From: an uncultured Planctomycetaceae bacterium
Lineage (GTDB): Bacteria; Planctomycetota; Planctomycetia; Planctomycetales; Planctomycetaceae
DNA: 64,000 bases
Assembly (NCBI GenBank): GCA_963815195.1
Contig: CAWFGE010000013.1
Coordinates: 928,001 to 992,000, forward strand
Reading direction: 5' to 3'
Both the position numbers and the translations under genes were made by a program. Under the pieces are notes generated by a model. The model did not search any database. It saw only the letters and a list, made by a program, of their open reading frames with translations, and was not told the origin of the DNA. Shown piece by piece: positions 46,088 through 56,345 of the stretch (positions within the stretch are counted from its first letter, which is position 1; each line of letters begins with the position of its first letter).

Positions 46088-47679
46088 ATGAAGTCTGCGA
46101 TCACGGTCCTGATTGTGCTAAGCCCGCTGATTTGGGCGGCGTTTTGCTCGAACGTCCCGGCGGCGGAAACCGAGCGGCCGAATATCGTCCTGGTCATGGC
46201 GGACGATCTCGGCTGGTCGGACATCGGATGTTTCGGCGGCGAGATCCGCACTCCCCATATCGACTCGCTCGCCCGGGACGGATTGCGGTTCACGCAGTTC
46301 TACAACAATGCCGTCTGTGGCCCCACGCGGGCTTCGCTGTTGACGGGCCTCTACTGCCAACAGACAGGGCACTCCGGCGACATTGGAATCAGCCCAAAGA
46401 TTATTCCAAGTGCGTGCTCGTTTCCGAGGTGCTGCAACACGCGGGTTACCACACCATGATGGTTGGGAAATGGCAGGGGCGGGACCCGGCCCTCGACCGC
46501 GGCTTCGATCGGTTCTTCGGTCCCATGTGCCAGGCCAAGATCAGTTACTTTCACGAAGTCCAACAGAACCCGTTCTATCTCGACCGAACGCGGTTCACGC
46601 TGCCGGAGAATTTCTACCTCACAGAGTCCTTCAACGATTACGCCGTTCGGTTTTTGAAAGAAGCCGTCGCAAACGACCAGCCCTTCTTTCTGTATGTGGC
46701 GCACATCGCACCCCATTGGCCCTTGCACGCCCGCGAGGCCGACATCGCGGCTTATCGCCGGCAGTATCGCCAGCGCGGTTGGGATGCGTGGCGGGCCGGG
46801 CGTTTTGCGTTCCAACAGAAATCCGAACTCATCCCGTCCCAATGGAAACTCGCCCCGCGACCCGCCGGCGTGGGGAAATGGAAGGACGATCCTAATAAAA
46901 ACTGGCAAGCGGAACGCATGGCGGTTTATGCCGCCCAGGTGGCCGCCATCGATAAAGGCTTGGGGCAATTGCTCTGCGTGCTCAAGGAAAGCGGCCAGGA
47001 CAAGAACACGCTGGTGATGTTTCTCTCGGACAACGGGGCCGCGCCGGACGGTGGCGTTCGGCCTTCCCAAAGCGGTTTTGGGTTCGGTCCCAAGCTGCCC
47101 AACAATCGTTGGCGCTTGGATCACGTCCCGATTCGCCCGGGCAGTGGGCCTGAAATTCTCCCCGGCCCTCCGGACACCTTCGCCGCGTACGGCCTCGCCT
47201 GGGCCACGCTCAGCAATACGCCGTTTCGCAGCACGAAGCTCAGCGGCTACGAAGGCGGCATCCGGACGCCCTTGCTCGCCCGGTGGCCCGCGGTCATCCG
47301 CAAGGATCAGCAAACCAATCAAGTCGGACACGTGATGGACCTGATGGCGACGTGCCTCAACGCGGCCCATGTGGAATACCCGGCCGAGTTTCGAGGCCGA
47401 AAACCTTTGCCGATGGAAGGCAAAAGCCTCGTGCCGGTTTTCGAGGGAAACAAGCGCGAGGGGCACGAAATCCTCTGTTGGAGCGTGCCCCGGCATCATG
47501 TCGTCCGCGTGGGCAAATGGAAGGCGATTCGTCCCCGCCAGGGCGGAGACTGGGAGCTTTTTGATCTGGAGGCCGACGGCACCGAAACCACCGATCTCGC
47601 CAAACACGAGCCCCATCGAGTTGAGAAACTGGCGCGGCAGTTTGAAATCTGGCAGACCCGCGTGGAAGGTCAAAAGTGA
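46088..47679 (+). CDS. Arylsulfatase (Cys-type, formylglycine-dependent); apparent frameshift ~46375
   Basis: RPNIVLVMADDLG, CGPTRASLLTG (CxPxR), APHWPLHA, FLSDNG, YEGGIRTP. Confidence 0.92.
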
Positions 47680-47680
47680 G

Positions 47681-48662
47681 TCACGTCTGACGTTTGACGC
47701 GATTCGCGATCGTGTCCAGGTCGACCAGTTTGGCCTGGCCTCGCGACTCGTCGACGAGGTCGCAAATCAGATCGAGCGCGCGAAATTTGGGATCCACAGC
47801 GCCCAGGCACGAGGGGTGCGCCAAAAAATCGAAGACCGCTCGCTGTTCAATGACCCAAACCACGGCCTCGCGGACGGCTTCCAAGAACCACTCCAGCCGC
47901 CAACGGCCGTTGCGAAACGCGCCAATATCGCTGATGGGACTCATGGGAATCTCGATCAACCCGCTGGGATAGACAAAAGGCTGCGCGGCGGCTTGGGCCT
48001 TTCGGATGTCTTCGTAGATCTCGCGGGAGGGCTCTGTCTGGGGTTTGGTATTTGCGTGACGGGGATATTTGCTGCTCACCCAGGTGAAGCCGGCGTCTAA
48101 AAGCATCCGCTGCACGTCTTCGCGGCCGGCCAATCCTTGCGGAAATCCGCCGGGCGTGCGAAATCCCCGATTGGTAATTCCGATGCGCTCTTTTAAAGCC
48201 AGCGCGGTGCGGCGGATGTTCTCGCGGATCACCTCGGCGGGGCTCTGGCCTGCAATCAGCCACGGCGCGCGCCGAAAACGATACTGCAAATCCTCCGGTT
48301 TCGTCGCCAGGACATTCACGTGGTCGTAGGTGTGGTTGCCGATCGGATGACCATCCTCGTCGAGCTTTTTCAGCCAGCTCACATCCTCTTGCTCGAGCAC
48401 GCGGCCGACGCAAAAGTAATGGATCCGCCCGCCCCGCGCCCGGACCCGCTGGCCCGCTTCCAAGGCGTAGCGCTTCGTGTCTTCGTCGAGATTGCCTTTT
48501 TCGTAGTCCCAATGCGTGTCGGTCCACTTGGGAAAATTGCGGCTCATCTCCAAATCGAGAGTGATCGCAATCTGAGCCTGCCGGGGCGGTTCCGCGGCCG
48601 GCAACGTTCTCCGCCAACAACACGCCTCCCGCAGCACCTAGAAATTCACGACGATTCAGCAT
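47681..48662 (-). CDS. Tat-exported polysaccharide deacetylase (NodB-like); apparent frameshift ~48600
   Basis: MLNRREFLGAAG in one frame; ITLDLE, IGNHTYDH, GFRTPGGF, FLAHP. Confidence 0.85.
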
Positions 48663-48663
48663 G

Positions 48664-49782
48664 TCACTTTGGAGACGATTTCGGAGGGATGGTTTTAACC
48701 CAGGAGACCTGCGTGACGAGATGATTCAAAGCGGCGAACGAGATGTGCGCGTTCGTCGCGTACTTCGGCGTGTTGTTCGCCGGAAACGTGGCCAACGTGG
48801 CATCGCCTACAAGAAACACATTGAAATCCTGGGACAAATTTTCGTAGCCCGCCGTCGTCCGGCAAAAGCACATGTCCGTCGCATAGCCCGTCAAGAGGAC
48901 ATGCTGGATGCCCTGAGATTTCAAAAACGTTTTGAGCGGTTCGTAACCCTCGGCATCATAGATCACCACATCCTGCGGATCGGCATCCAGATCGTTGGTG
49001 ACGGGAATGGGCAAATTCCAGAACCCCGCATTGTCATAGCGCGGCCCCGCATCCAGGCCGGGGAACTGTTTGAAGTAGTCTGTGACGGGCGACTCGCTGG
49101 AAAGCGTCAATTCCGCGGGTAACGGTTCGCCTCGATAGTCGAACGACTTCAATTTTGTTTTGAGCTCCGCCGCTCCTTCCGTTCGCTCCTTGGCGCTGGG
49201 GGTGTGATGTATCGAGCGATATAGCTTCTTGCGAATGGGGTCCATGTTTCCCGGCAGGCTATACATCACAAAGCCCACCTTGCCCCTGAGCGACTTGAGG
49301 AACGGATTGATCACGGTCTTCGTGTGCCGGCCGGCCAAATGGTTCTTGGCCGGCGTGCAGAAGTCGGCGACCCCCGCGGGTTCCGGCGTCCGCCAGCCCT
49401 GGCCGTCGTCAATCCCCCACGGGTGGACCATAATCACCGCAGTGTGCTCCGCCCGCAGGCGGTTGGGCATCTCGATGATGCCCCGCGCATTGTAGGAGAA
49501 CCGCCACGCGCGAACGGCGAGATCGGCGTGCTCTTCGTCGACCAGCACGGGGGCCTCGTAGCGAGTCTCTTCCTCGATGGGCTCGACGAACTTCGGGTAG
49601 TCCGCGAGCAATGGAGCCGGGTTTTCGATCTTCACCAGCCGATTTCGATAAACCCGAGACGACGATCCCTCTTGAGAAAAAACCGGCGGATGAAGGAGCA
49701 TGCCGACCAGGCCCGCCAAGAGACCAATCGTCTGAAACTTCTGTCTCCGGGAAGCGTCTGAACGTGAGGAGATTGGAAACAT
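48664..49782 (-). CDS. Exported isochorismatase-like cysteine hydrolase
   Basis: GIQHVLLTGYATDMC, FNVFLVGDATLA; N-terminal signal peptide. Confidence 0.78.
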   Translation of the reverse strand: MFPISSRSDASRRQKFQTIGLLAGLVGMLLHPPVFSQEGSSSRVYRNRLVKIENPAPLLADYPKFVEPIEEETRYEAPVLVDEEHADLAVRAWRFSYNARGIIEMPNRLRAEHTAVIMVHPWGIDDGQGWRTPEPAGVADFCTPAKNHLAGRHTKTVINPFLKSLRGKVGFVMYSLPGNMDPIRKKLYRSIHHTPSAKERTEGAAELKTKLKSFDYRGEPLPAELTLSSESPVTDYFKQFPGLDAGPRYDNAGFWNLPIPVTNDLDADPQDVVIYDAEGYEPLKTFLKSQGIQHVLLTGYATDMCFCRTTAGYENLSQDFNVFLVGDATLATFPANNTPKYATNAHISFAALNHLVTQVSWVKTIPPKSSPK

Positions 49783-49828
49783 GAGGTTGACCTCTCTCTT
49801 TTTAGTTCTTGATTCTCGCGGCGGGTTG

Positions 49829-50683
49829 TTACAGGTCGAGCGCGCGGTTCATGCGCTCGGCGATGTCGGCGAGGCGTTTGCGGTCGCCGCCGGGGACTTC
49901 CGCCGTCGCCCAGCCGCTGTAGCCGATCTCCTTGAGGGCTTTGCGGACCTCGGGCCAGTTGCAGTCGCCTTCGCCGATCTCGACCTGGAACCCTTTCCAC
50001 AGGCCTTCGTTCTTTTGTTTCTCCCGGCTGTACTCTTTGATGTCGAGCTTGCCGATGCGATTCCCGAGGATGCGAATCCATTGCTCCGGCCAGCCGAACC
50101 GCACGACGTTGCCCACGTCGAAATAGGCCCCCATCGCGGGGTTGTCGATCTCGTCGAGATACCGCGCCGTTTCCAGCGGGCTTAAGAGGAAATTGTTCCA
50201 CACGTTTTCGACGAGCAGCTTGATGCCCTGCTCTTGGGCATAAGGAGCGGCCTCGCGGTAGCGGGCCTGGGTCTCGCGATAGTTTTTGTCGTAAGGCGAT
50301 TGGGCGTTCACGCGGCCGGCCACGACCAGCACGCTGCTGCCGCCGAGATACTTCGCCAAATCGACCGCGGTTTTGATGTCGGGGTTCGAGGAGTTGATCA
50401 CCCCGTGCACCTTGAGGCCGGCTTTTTCGCTGGCGAGCCTGAGCGCTTTTTTGTCGATGCTGTCCTTCGTGCGGACTTCCACGCCGTCGTAGCCCAGGTC
50501 CTTGAGGAGTTTGAGCTTATCCAGCACCGTGAGATCCTCGGCGATCATGTGGTACTTGACGGCTTTCTTGATCTTCCCCGCGTTCGCGCCCGCGGCGTTC
50601 GCCGAGGTGTTGAGCGCCAAGCCCGCCGCGATCGTGCCCGTGGCCGCGAGAAATTCCCGCCGATTGAAATTTGCACCGCTCAT
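49829..50683 (-). CDS. Tat-exported sugar phosphate isomerase/epimerase
   Basis: NRREFL, GYDGVE, ENVWNNFLLSP, YFDVGN, GWATAEV. Confidence 0.9.
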   Translation of the reverse strand: MSGANFNRREFLAATGTIAAGLALNTSANAAGANAGKIKKAVKYHMIAEDLTVLDKLKLLKDLGYDGVEVRTKDSIDKKALRLASEKAGLKVHGVINSSNPDIKTAVDLAKYLGGSSVLVVAGRVNAQSPYDKNYRETQARYREAAPYAQEQGIKLLVENVWNNFLLSPLETARYLDEIDNPAMGAYFDVGNVVRFGWPEQWIRILGNRIGKLDIKEYSREKQKNEGLWKGFQVEIGEGDCNWPEVRKALKEIGYSGWATAEVPGGDRKRLADIAERMNRALDL

Positions 50684-50808
50684 GATGTTTCCCCTTCCTG
50701 CCGGACCGGATAAGACGCACAATAATAACGACGGTATCCAGATCGGCCCCGCACCGCAATCAACGGCACCAATCGTCGCCGGATGGCGCTCGGGTCCGGT
50801 TGTTCCAC

Positions 50809-50867
50809 GAACCGGGGCTAGCGCCCGGCGGCTAATAAGACACAGAACCGGGGCTAGCGCCCGGCGG
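50809..50867. repeat. Tandem family B-like REPs
   Basis: GAACCGGGGCTAGCGCCCGGCGG at 50809 and 50845. Confidence 0.8.
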
Positions 50868-50916
50868 TTGATGGATGCGACGACTATTCACAAATCGCAA
50901 AACGGGAGCCTCCACC

Positions 50917-51786
50917 ATGATCTCGCGAAACTCGTGGGCTTTGTTACTGAGCGGCATCGCTGTCGCCGGTGCATCCTGGGCATTTGGTTTGCCGAGAACC
51001 GATGCCCAAGCGGACGCGGTGCCGGCGGCTGCGCATCCGGCCGCGGCGGTCACAGTGGAGGACATCGCCGCCGGCAAAGCGCGGATGATCGATTTGACCT
51101 ATCCGCTCAATTCCCAGAATGCGTTTTGGCCGGGCGAGAACTATCGGCCGTTTGAATTGAAAACGATCGCCACGCGCGAAAAAGACGGCGTGCTCTCCAA
51201 GGCCATTTCGATGCCCGAACACTTGGGAACGCACCTGGACGCGCCGAACCATTTTGAAAAGAACCAGCCTTCGGTGGAGAAGCTCACGGCCCGCCAGCTT
51301 TTCGGGCCGGGGGTGGTGATCGACATCAGCGGCCAGGCGGAGCAAAACCCGGACTACACGCTTGCGCCAAGCGACATCGAGGCGTGGGAAAAACAGCACG
51401 GGCGGATTCCCGACGGGGCGATCGTGCTGCTTCGCACGGGCTGGGGGCGGTTTTGGGGGAACGTCGCCCGCTTCCAAAACCGCGACGCCCGCGGGAGGCT
51501 GCATTTTCCGTCCTACTCAGCGGAGGCGGCCCGGTTCTTGATCCAAAAACGCAAAGCCCGCGGCGTCGGGGTCGACAACCTCAGCATCGATCCGGGAATC
51601 TCCAAGGACTTTCCCGTGCACCACATCGTCAACGCAGCGGGCCGATTCGGACTGGAAAACGTGGCCCAGTTGGATCAACTGCCGCCGCGCGGGTTTTATC
51701 TCATCATCGCGCCCTTGAAGATCGAAGCCGGCACCGGCGGCCCCACGCGAATCTGGGCCGTCCTGCCGGCGCGGAATGCTAAATAA
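50917..51786 (+). CDS. Exported cyclase-family (kynurenine formamidase-like) metal hydrolase
   Basis: EHLGTHLDAPNHF, LLRTGW, GVDNLSID, GLENV, GTGGPTR. Confidence 0.9.
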   Translation: MISRNSWALLLSGIAVAGASWAFGLPRTDAQADAVPAAAHPAAAVTVEDIAAGKARMIDLTYPLNSQNAFWPGENYRPFELKTIATREKDGVLSKAISMPEHLGTHLDAPNHFEKNQPSVEKLTARQLFGPGVVIDISGQAEQNPDYTLAPSDIEAWEKQHGRIPDGAIVLLRTGWGRFWGNVARFQNRDARGRLHFPSYSAEAARFLIQKRKARGVGVDNLSIDPGISKDFPVHHIVNAAGRFGLENVAQLDQLPPRGFYLIIAPLKIEAGTGGPTRIWAVLPARNAK

Positions 51787-52864
51787 ACTCGGGTGGCACG
51801 CGTGCCACCCGCCCTTTGCTGCTTTGATCCTGTTGCACCAGCCGGGCGGCGACTTGGAGGGCGGCGATCATGCCGCGGGCGGAGGCCTGGCCTTTCCAGG
51901 CGATGTCGAACGCGGTGCCGTGGCTGGGGCTGGTGCGAACGATGGGCAGGCCCAAGGTCACATTGACCACGCGGTCGAACGCGATGAGCTTAAGCGCGAT
52001 GTGTCCTTGATCGTGATACATCGCGGCGACGCCGTCGAACTCTCCCGCGACGGCGCGCTTGAGCAAGGTGTCCGCCGGGAACGGACCCTGGGCGTGGATG
52101 TGTTCTTCGCGGGCGGATTCCACCGCGGGGGCGATGATGCCGGCTTCTTCGGTTCCGAACAATCCTTCTTCCCCGGCGTGCGGATTGAGCGCGCACACGC
52201 CGACGCGAGGCTCCGGGCAGCCGAGCCGCTTCATAAACCGATCGACGAGCGCGATTGTCTCCCGCACCCGCTCGGCGGTCAGCAAGCCGGGCACGCTTTG
52301 GATCGAGGTATGCAATGTCGCATGGGCCACGCCGAGCCCGAATGGGCCGCCGACGGTGTCATCGGGCGGGAGATAGAGCATCATCGCGAACTGTTTGACG
52401 CCGCATTCCCGGGCGAGGATTTCCGTATGGCCGGGAAAGGGATGGCCGGCAAGGTGCAAAGCCGCCTTGTTGAGGGGAGCCGTCGTGATCGCATCCACGC
52501 GGCCGGCCAAAGCGGCGCGGGTCGCGGCGACGAGGGCCTCATACGCGGCCCGGCCCGCGCGGGCATCGACGACGCCGGGGGGAACTTCAGCCGACTCCTC
52601 CCCGCAGGGATTCCAGCACGGGAGCGTCTGTTCCAACAGGTTCCCGGCGGTCTGGGCCGCTTCTGGGTCGGGAACGTCGAGAATCTCCAGCGATCCGCCC
52701 GTGAGTTTCACCGCCCGGCGGAGGACTTCGGGATGCCCGACCGCGAGCAACCGGCACGTCGATTGCATCTCGGGGGAGAGCGCGGCCCGGACGATGGTTT
52801 CGGGACCGATGCCCGCCACATCGCCCAGCGTTACGGCCACCAGAGGGAGTGCATCTGTTCCCAT
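51779..52864 (-). CDS. pdxA: 4-hydroxythreonine-4-phosphate dehydrogenase
   Basis: TLGDVAGIGPE, TAPLNK, PGHTE, LNPHAGEEG, AMYHDQGHI, RTSPSHGTAFDIA. Confidence 0.93.
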   Translation of the reverse strand: MGTDALPLVAVTLGDVAGIGPETIVRAALSPEMQSTCRLLAVGHPEVLRRAVKLTGGSLEILDVPDPEAAQTAGNLLEQTLPCWNPCGEESAEVPPGVVDARAGRAAYEALVAATRAALAGRVDAITTAPLNKAALHLAGHPFPGHTEILARECGVKQFAMMLYLPPDDTVGGPFGLGVAHATLHTSIQSVPGLLTAERVRETIALVDRFMKRLGCPEPRVGVCALNPHAGEEGLFGTEEAGIIAPAVESAREEHIHAQGPFPADTLLKRAVAGEFDGVAAMYHDQGHIALKLIAFDRVVNVTLGLPIVRTSPSHGTAFDIAWKGQASARGMIAALQVAARLVQQDQSSKGRVARVPPEFI

Positions 52865-53243
52865 CAAAAATCGCCGATCCAAATAAGCCCGTTGAGGGTT
52901 TAATAACGAAACCCCTTGAGAAAACCCGGCGAAGGTGTGCCGGTTTGTCCGATTTGGAGGCCTGTCCGCGGAGCGGATCGGCAGATTCGCCAAAACCGGA
53001 TCCCATTGAAATGCTAGCACAAATCTGAAAACCCACAACACAAAGAACTTGCAAAGCAGGTGCCCGTCTGCCTATGTTAGAGGGAGAGGAAATTGCGATT
53101 CGGTGCGGAGCACTTCTCTCTTGGCCAAACAGACTGGCCGATCGCGCAGCCAAAATTCGATTTAAAGATCAGCCCGGAGAGATCCCCAGCCGGTGCCTTG
53201 TTCTTTTCAGGAATGGCGGAACGTCTCGTAAAGGAACAACTTC

Positions 53244-54296
53244 ATGCCCGTGAACCCGTCCTCAGTTTCCGCATCCCTTTCCAACGCTTTCCATCGCGGC
53301 AGGGTGAGTTTCCGGGCCGCTTGGCTTTTGCTGCTCTTCGTGCCGGCGATTCCGCTCCGGGCGGAGACGCCGGAACAGCCGCTGGCCGAGAAAACCGCCC
53401 CCGTGGCGTTCGAGAAGGACAGCCCCGAAAACGTGGCCGACCTGATCGACATGGAACACCAAATCCGCAAGATCTCCAAGCAGGTCATCCCCACGACGGT
53501 CAATATTCAAGTCGGCAACGCCCAGGGCAGCGGGGTGATCGTCAGCAAGAAAGGCGAAATCCTCACGGCGGCCCACGTCATCGGCGCACCGGGCCGGAAA
53601 GTCAAAATCATTCTGTCCGACGGCCGGGAAGTCGAAGGCGAAACGCAGGGACTCAGCCGCCGGCTCGATGTGGGGCTCGTGAAGATCGTCGAAAAGGGCG
53701 ATTGGCCCGCGGCCGAGATGGGCGACATGAAAAAGATCAACGTGGGCACCTGGTGCCTCGCGACCGGGCATCCCGGCGGGTACCGCAAAGACCGCCCGCC
53801 CGTCGTGCGGCTGGGGCGGGTGATCCTGAAACGCGACGACATCCTGCAAACCGATTGCACGCTCGTCGGCGGGGACTCCGGCGGACCGGTGTTCGACATG
53901 GACGGCAAAGTCATCGGCATCAACAGCCGCATCGGGGCTTCGACCGCCTGGAACTTCCATGTGCCGGTCTCGGCGTACCAGGACAACTGGGAGCGGCTCG
54001 TCAAAGCGGAAAGCTGGGACAATTCCCCCGAGCCGGGCGGGCCGATCCTCGGCGTGAGCGGCGACGACGACCCGCTGGGCTGCAAGATCACGAGCGTCGG
54101 CAAAGACCTGCCCGCGGAAAAAGCCGGCATGGAAGTGGGCGACATCATCATCACATTTGACGGCCAGCCCGTCAAAGGGTTTGATTCGCTGAAGGCGTTG
54201 GTCCAAAAGCACAAACCGGGCGACCGGGTGGCCGTGGAATTTCGCCGCGGCGAAGAAACCCTCAAAAAAATGATTGAACTGGCAGAATGGAAATAG
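53244..54296 (+). CDS. Exported trypsin-like serine protease with C-terminal PDZ
   Basis: GSGVIV, LTAAHV, LDVGLVKI, GGDSGGP give an intact catalytic triad; PDZ PILGV...PAEKAGMEVGDII. Confidence 0.92.
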   Translation: MPVNPSSVSASLSNAFHRGRVSFRAAWLLLLFVPAIPLRAETPEQPLAEKTAPVAFEKDSPENVADLIDMEHQIRKISKQVIPTTVNIQVGNAQGSGVIVSKKGEILTAAHVIGAPGRKVKIILSDGREVEGETQGLSRRLDVGLVKIVEKGDWPAAEMGDMKKINVGTWCLATGHPGGYRKDRPPVVRLGRVILKRDDILQTDCTLVGGDSGGPVFDMDGKVIGINSRIGASTAWNFHVPVSAYQDNWERLVKAESWDNSPEPGGPILGVSGDDDPLGCKITSVGKDLPAEKAGMEVGDIIITFDGQPVKGFDSLKALVQKHKPGDRVAVEFRRGEETLKKMIELAEWK

Positions 54297-54370
54297 CGGA
54301 AGGCCTTATGGCTTTCCCTAACGGAATCGCTTTCCCTGACGGAACCGCTGGATTATTCGGAGAGACACGC

Positions 54371-55429
54371 ATGATGAAGCACTTCCGGGGTTATGGCCGA
54401 CATGGGCTCGCCGCGTGGGCCCTTCTTTCCACGCTGCTGGTGTGTTGGGTTTTCGTTTCCAGCGCCTCCGCCGAGGAGCGGCTGAACGCCTCCAATTACA
54501 AAAGCGGCCAGTCCACGAGGCGGGCATTTCGCGAGGTCACGAGCGATGCCAGCAAAGCGATTGTGAAAGTCTTCCAAAAAGACAAGCCGGTGGCTTTTGG
54601 CGCGATCATGACCGCGGACGGGGAAATCCTTACCAAAGCCAGCGAACTCCAGGGGGAGATTCGCTGCGAAATGTTGGACGGCCGAAACTTTCCCGCCGAG
54701 ATCATCGCCGCCGACCGCGAATCGGATGTGGCCCTGATTAAAGTCTCCGCCGCCAATCTGCCGGTGGTCGAATGGGATCACGGCCCGCGTCCCGAAGTCG
54801 GGCAATGGTTTGTGACGCCGGGACTCAAGGAACTGCCGATTTCGGTGGGCATCGTGAGCGTGGCGGATCATACGATTCCGCCGGAGCGGGGCGTTTTGGG
54901 CATTTCCGTCGCGGAAGAAGAGGACGGCCCGCGGATCACGAAAATCTTTCCGAACAGCGGTGCCGCGAAAGCCGGGCTCAAAGTCGGCGACATCGTGACC
55001 CGCGTCGCCGACCGCGTCGTAAGGTCCAGCCGATCCCTGTCGGCGAACATCGGCCGGCATCGGCCTGGCGATTCGCTGAAACTCCTGGTGCTCCGCGACA
55101 AAGAGGAAATGGAAGTCGAAGCCACCTTGGGTTACCCCGTCGGCGATATGACCAACCTCATCAATCGGGGGAACTTCCAAAACCGCTTGGGCGGCAAACT
55201 CAGCACCCGCCGCGCGGGGTTCACCTCCATCATCCAACACGATTCCGTTCTCGCCCCGGATGAATGCGGCGGCCCGGTCTGCGGTCTTTCGGGAAAAGCC
55301 CTGGGGCTCAACATCGCCCGCGGCGGACGCACCGAATCCTACGCCCTTCCCGCCAAGACGGTCCTCGAAATCTACCACGACCTCAAATCGGAGCACCTCG
55401 CATCGCAAAAAGCGGTAAACGAGCATTGA
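54371..55429 (+). CDS. Degenerate trypsin-like domain with internal PDZ
   Basis: LTKASEL in place of LTxxHV, SDVALIKV, PDZ (GVLGI...AAKAGLKVGD), then QHD...DECGGP. Confidence 0.85.
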   Translation: MMKHFRGYGRHGLAAWALLSTLLVCWVFVSSASAEERLNASNYKSGQSTRRAFREVTSDASKAIVKVFQKDKPVAFGAIMTADGEILTKASELQGEIRCEMLDGRNFPAEIIAADRESDVALIKVSAANLPVVEWDHGPRPEVGQWFVTPGLKELPISVGIVSVADHTIPPERGVLGISVAEEEDGPRITKIFPNSGAAKAGLKVGDIVTRVADRVVRSSRSLSANIGRHRPGDSLKLLVLRDKEEMEVEATLGYPVGDMTNLINRGNFQNRLGGKLSTRRAGFTSIIQHDSVLAPDECGGPVCGLSGKALGLNIARGGRTESYALPAKTVLEIYHDLKSEHLASQKAVNEH

Positions 55430-55657
55430 GCACGAGTTTTCCAACGCTCCGCATCCGCCAGAACCTCGACCACAAGACTTTCCCTCCGGAACAGGTTGTC
55501 CCGCTTGACTTCACCTGTTCACGTGGGAGAATACGGTGAGGGGCGGTGTCCCGGCCGGAAACTCCCCGTTACGAACCTCAGGAATCTCACGACGCCAATC
55601 GTTGGCGAACCGGAATCGACAGCAAGGAGTTCCGCCTCCTTTCGTATCGGCTCAGGC

Positions 55658-56194
55658 ATGCACGCACAACTCATTCCGCTCACCGGCGGAAAACCCATCG
55701 ACATTGTGAACGACATCACGCTGGTCGGACGCAAGCGCGGGCTCTGCGATTTGATTATCGATCGCGGCAGCGTCTCGAAGCTGCATTGCCTGATCGTCAA
55801 GACCGACGGGCTGTTGTTCATCCGCGACCTGGGCAGCACCAACGGCACCAAAGTCAACGGGCAGCGCGTGACCCGCGGGGCACTGCTTCCCAACGATGAG
55901 CTCGCCTTTGCCGGGGCGAAATTCCGCGTGCATCTCGGCCCGGGCGAACCGCAACCCGGCAACTACGAGCACACGGAAATGATTTCCTCCTCCGAGGGCG
56001 AAGCCTTTCGCGAGTACCAGGCCGGCGGTCTCCCCGTGGCTGAGTTCTCCGATGACGATGGGGACGACAATATCCACTTCTTCGAACCGGACGAGGACGA
56101 GGACAGCTTCGACCCGGAGGACGAGGACAGCTTCGACCCGGAGGAAGACAGCCAAAGCGACGTCCGCCTGCTCTCGGACGATTCGTTGGATTAG
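55658..56194 (+). CDS. FHA domain protein with acidic tail
   Basis: LVGR, SVSKLHC, IRDLGSTNGTKVNG; exact 24-bp tandem repeat at 56096-56143 (DEDSFDPE x2). Confidence 0.9.
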   Translation: MHAQLIPLTGGKPIDIVNDITLVGRKRGLCDLIIDRGSVSKLHCLIVKTDGLLFIRDLGSTNGTKVNGQRVTRGALLPNDELAFAGAKFRVHLGPGEPQPGNYEHTEMISSSEGEAFREYQAGGLPVAEFSDDDGDDNIHFFEPDEDEDSFDPEDEDSFDPEEDSQSDVRLLSDDSLD

Positions 56195-56345
56195 CCGCTG
56201 GCGCTAGCCCCGGTTTTGGGGGGGCGAACCTGACGCGAACGCGTCGAGGCGACAATTTATCAGCTGGCAGGCGATAGCGTCCGGGGATCGCAATCAACCG
56301 GCGGCTAATCAATGCGGCAGTTCTTCGTGGAGTGATCCTGCCGCG

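Noticed and set aside
51790..51811. Perfect 22-bp palindrome CGGGTGGCACGCGTGCCACCCG as an operator
   Set aside because: It lies at the convergent 3' ends of the cyclase gene and pdxA and resembles the GGGTGGCAC REP end, so a REP remnant or terminator is more likely.
56096..56143. 24-bp tandem repeat as a regulatory array
   Set aside because: It is an in-frame duplication in the low-complexity acidic tail of the FHA protein.
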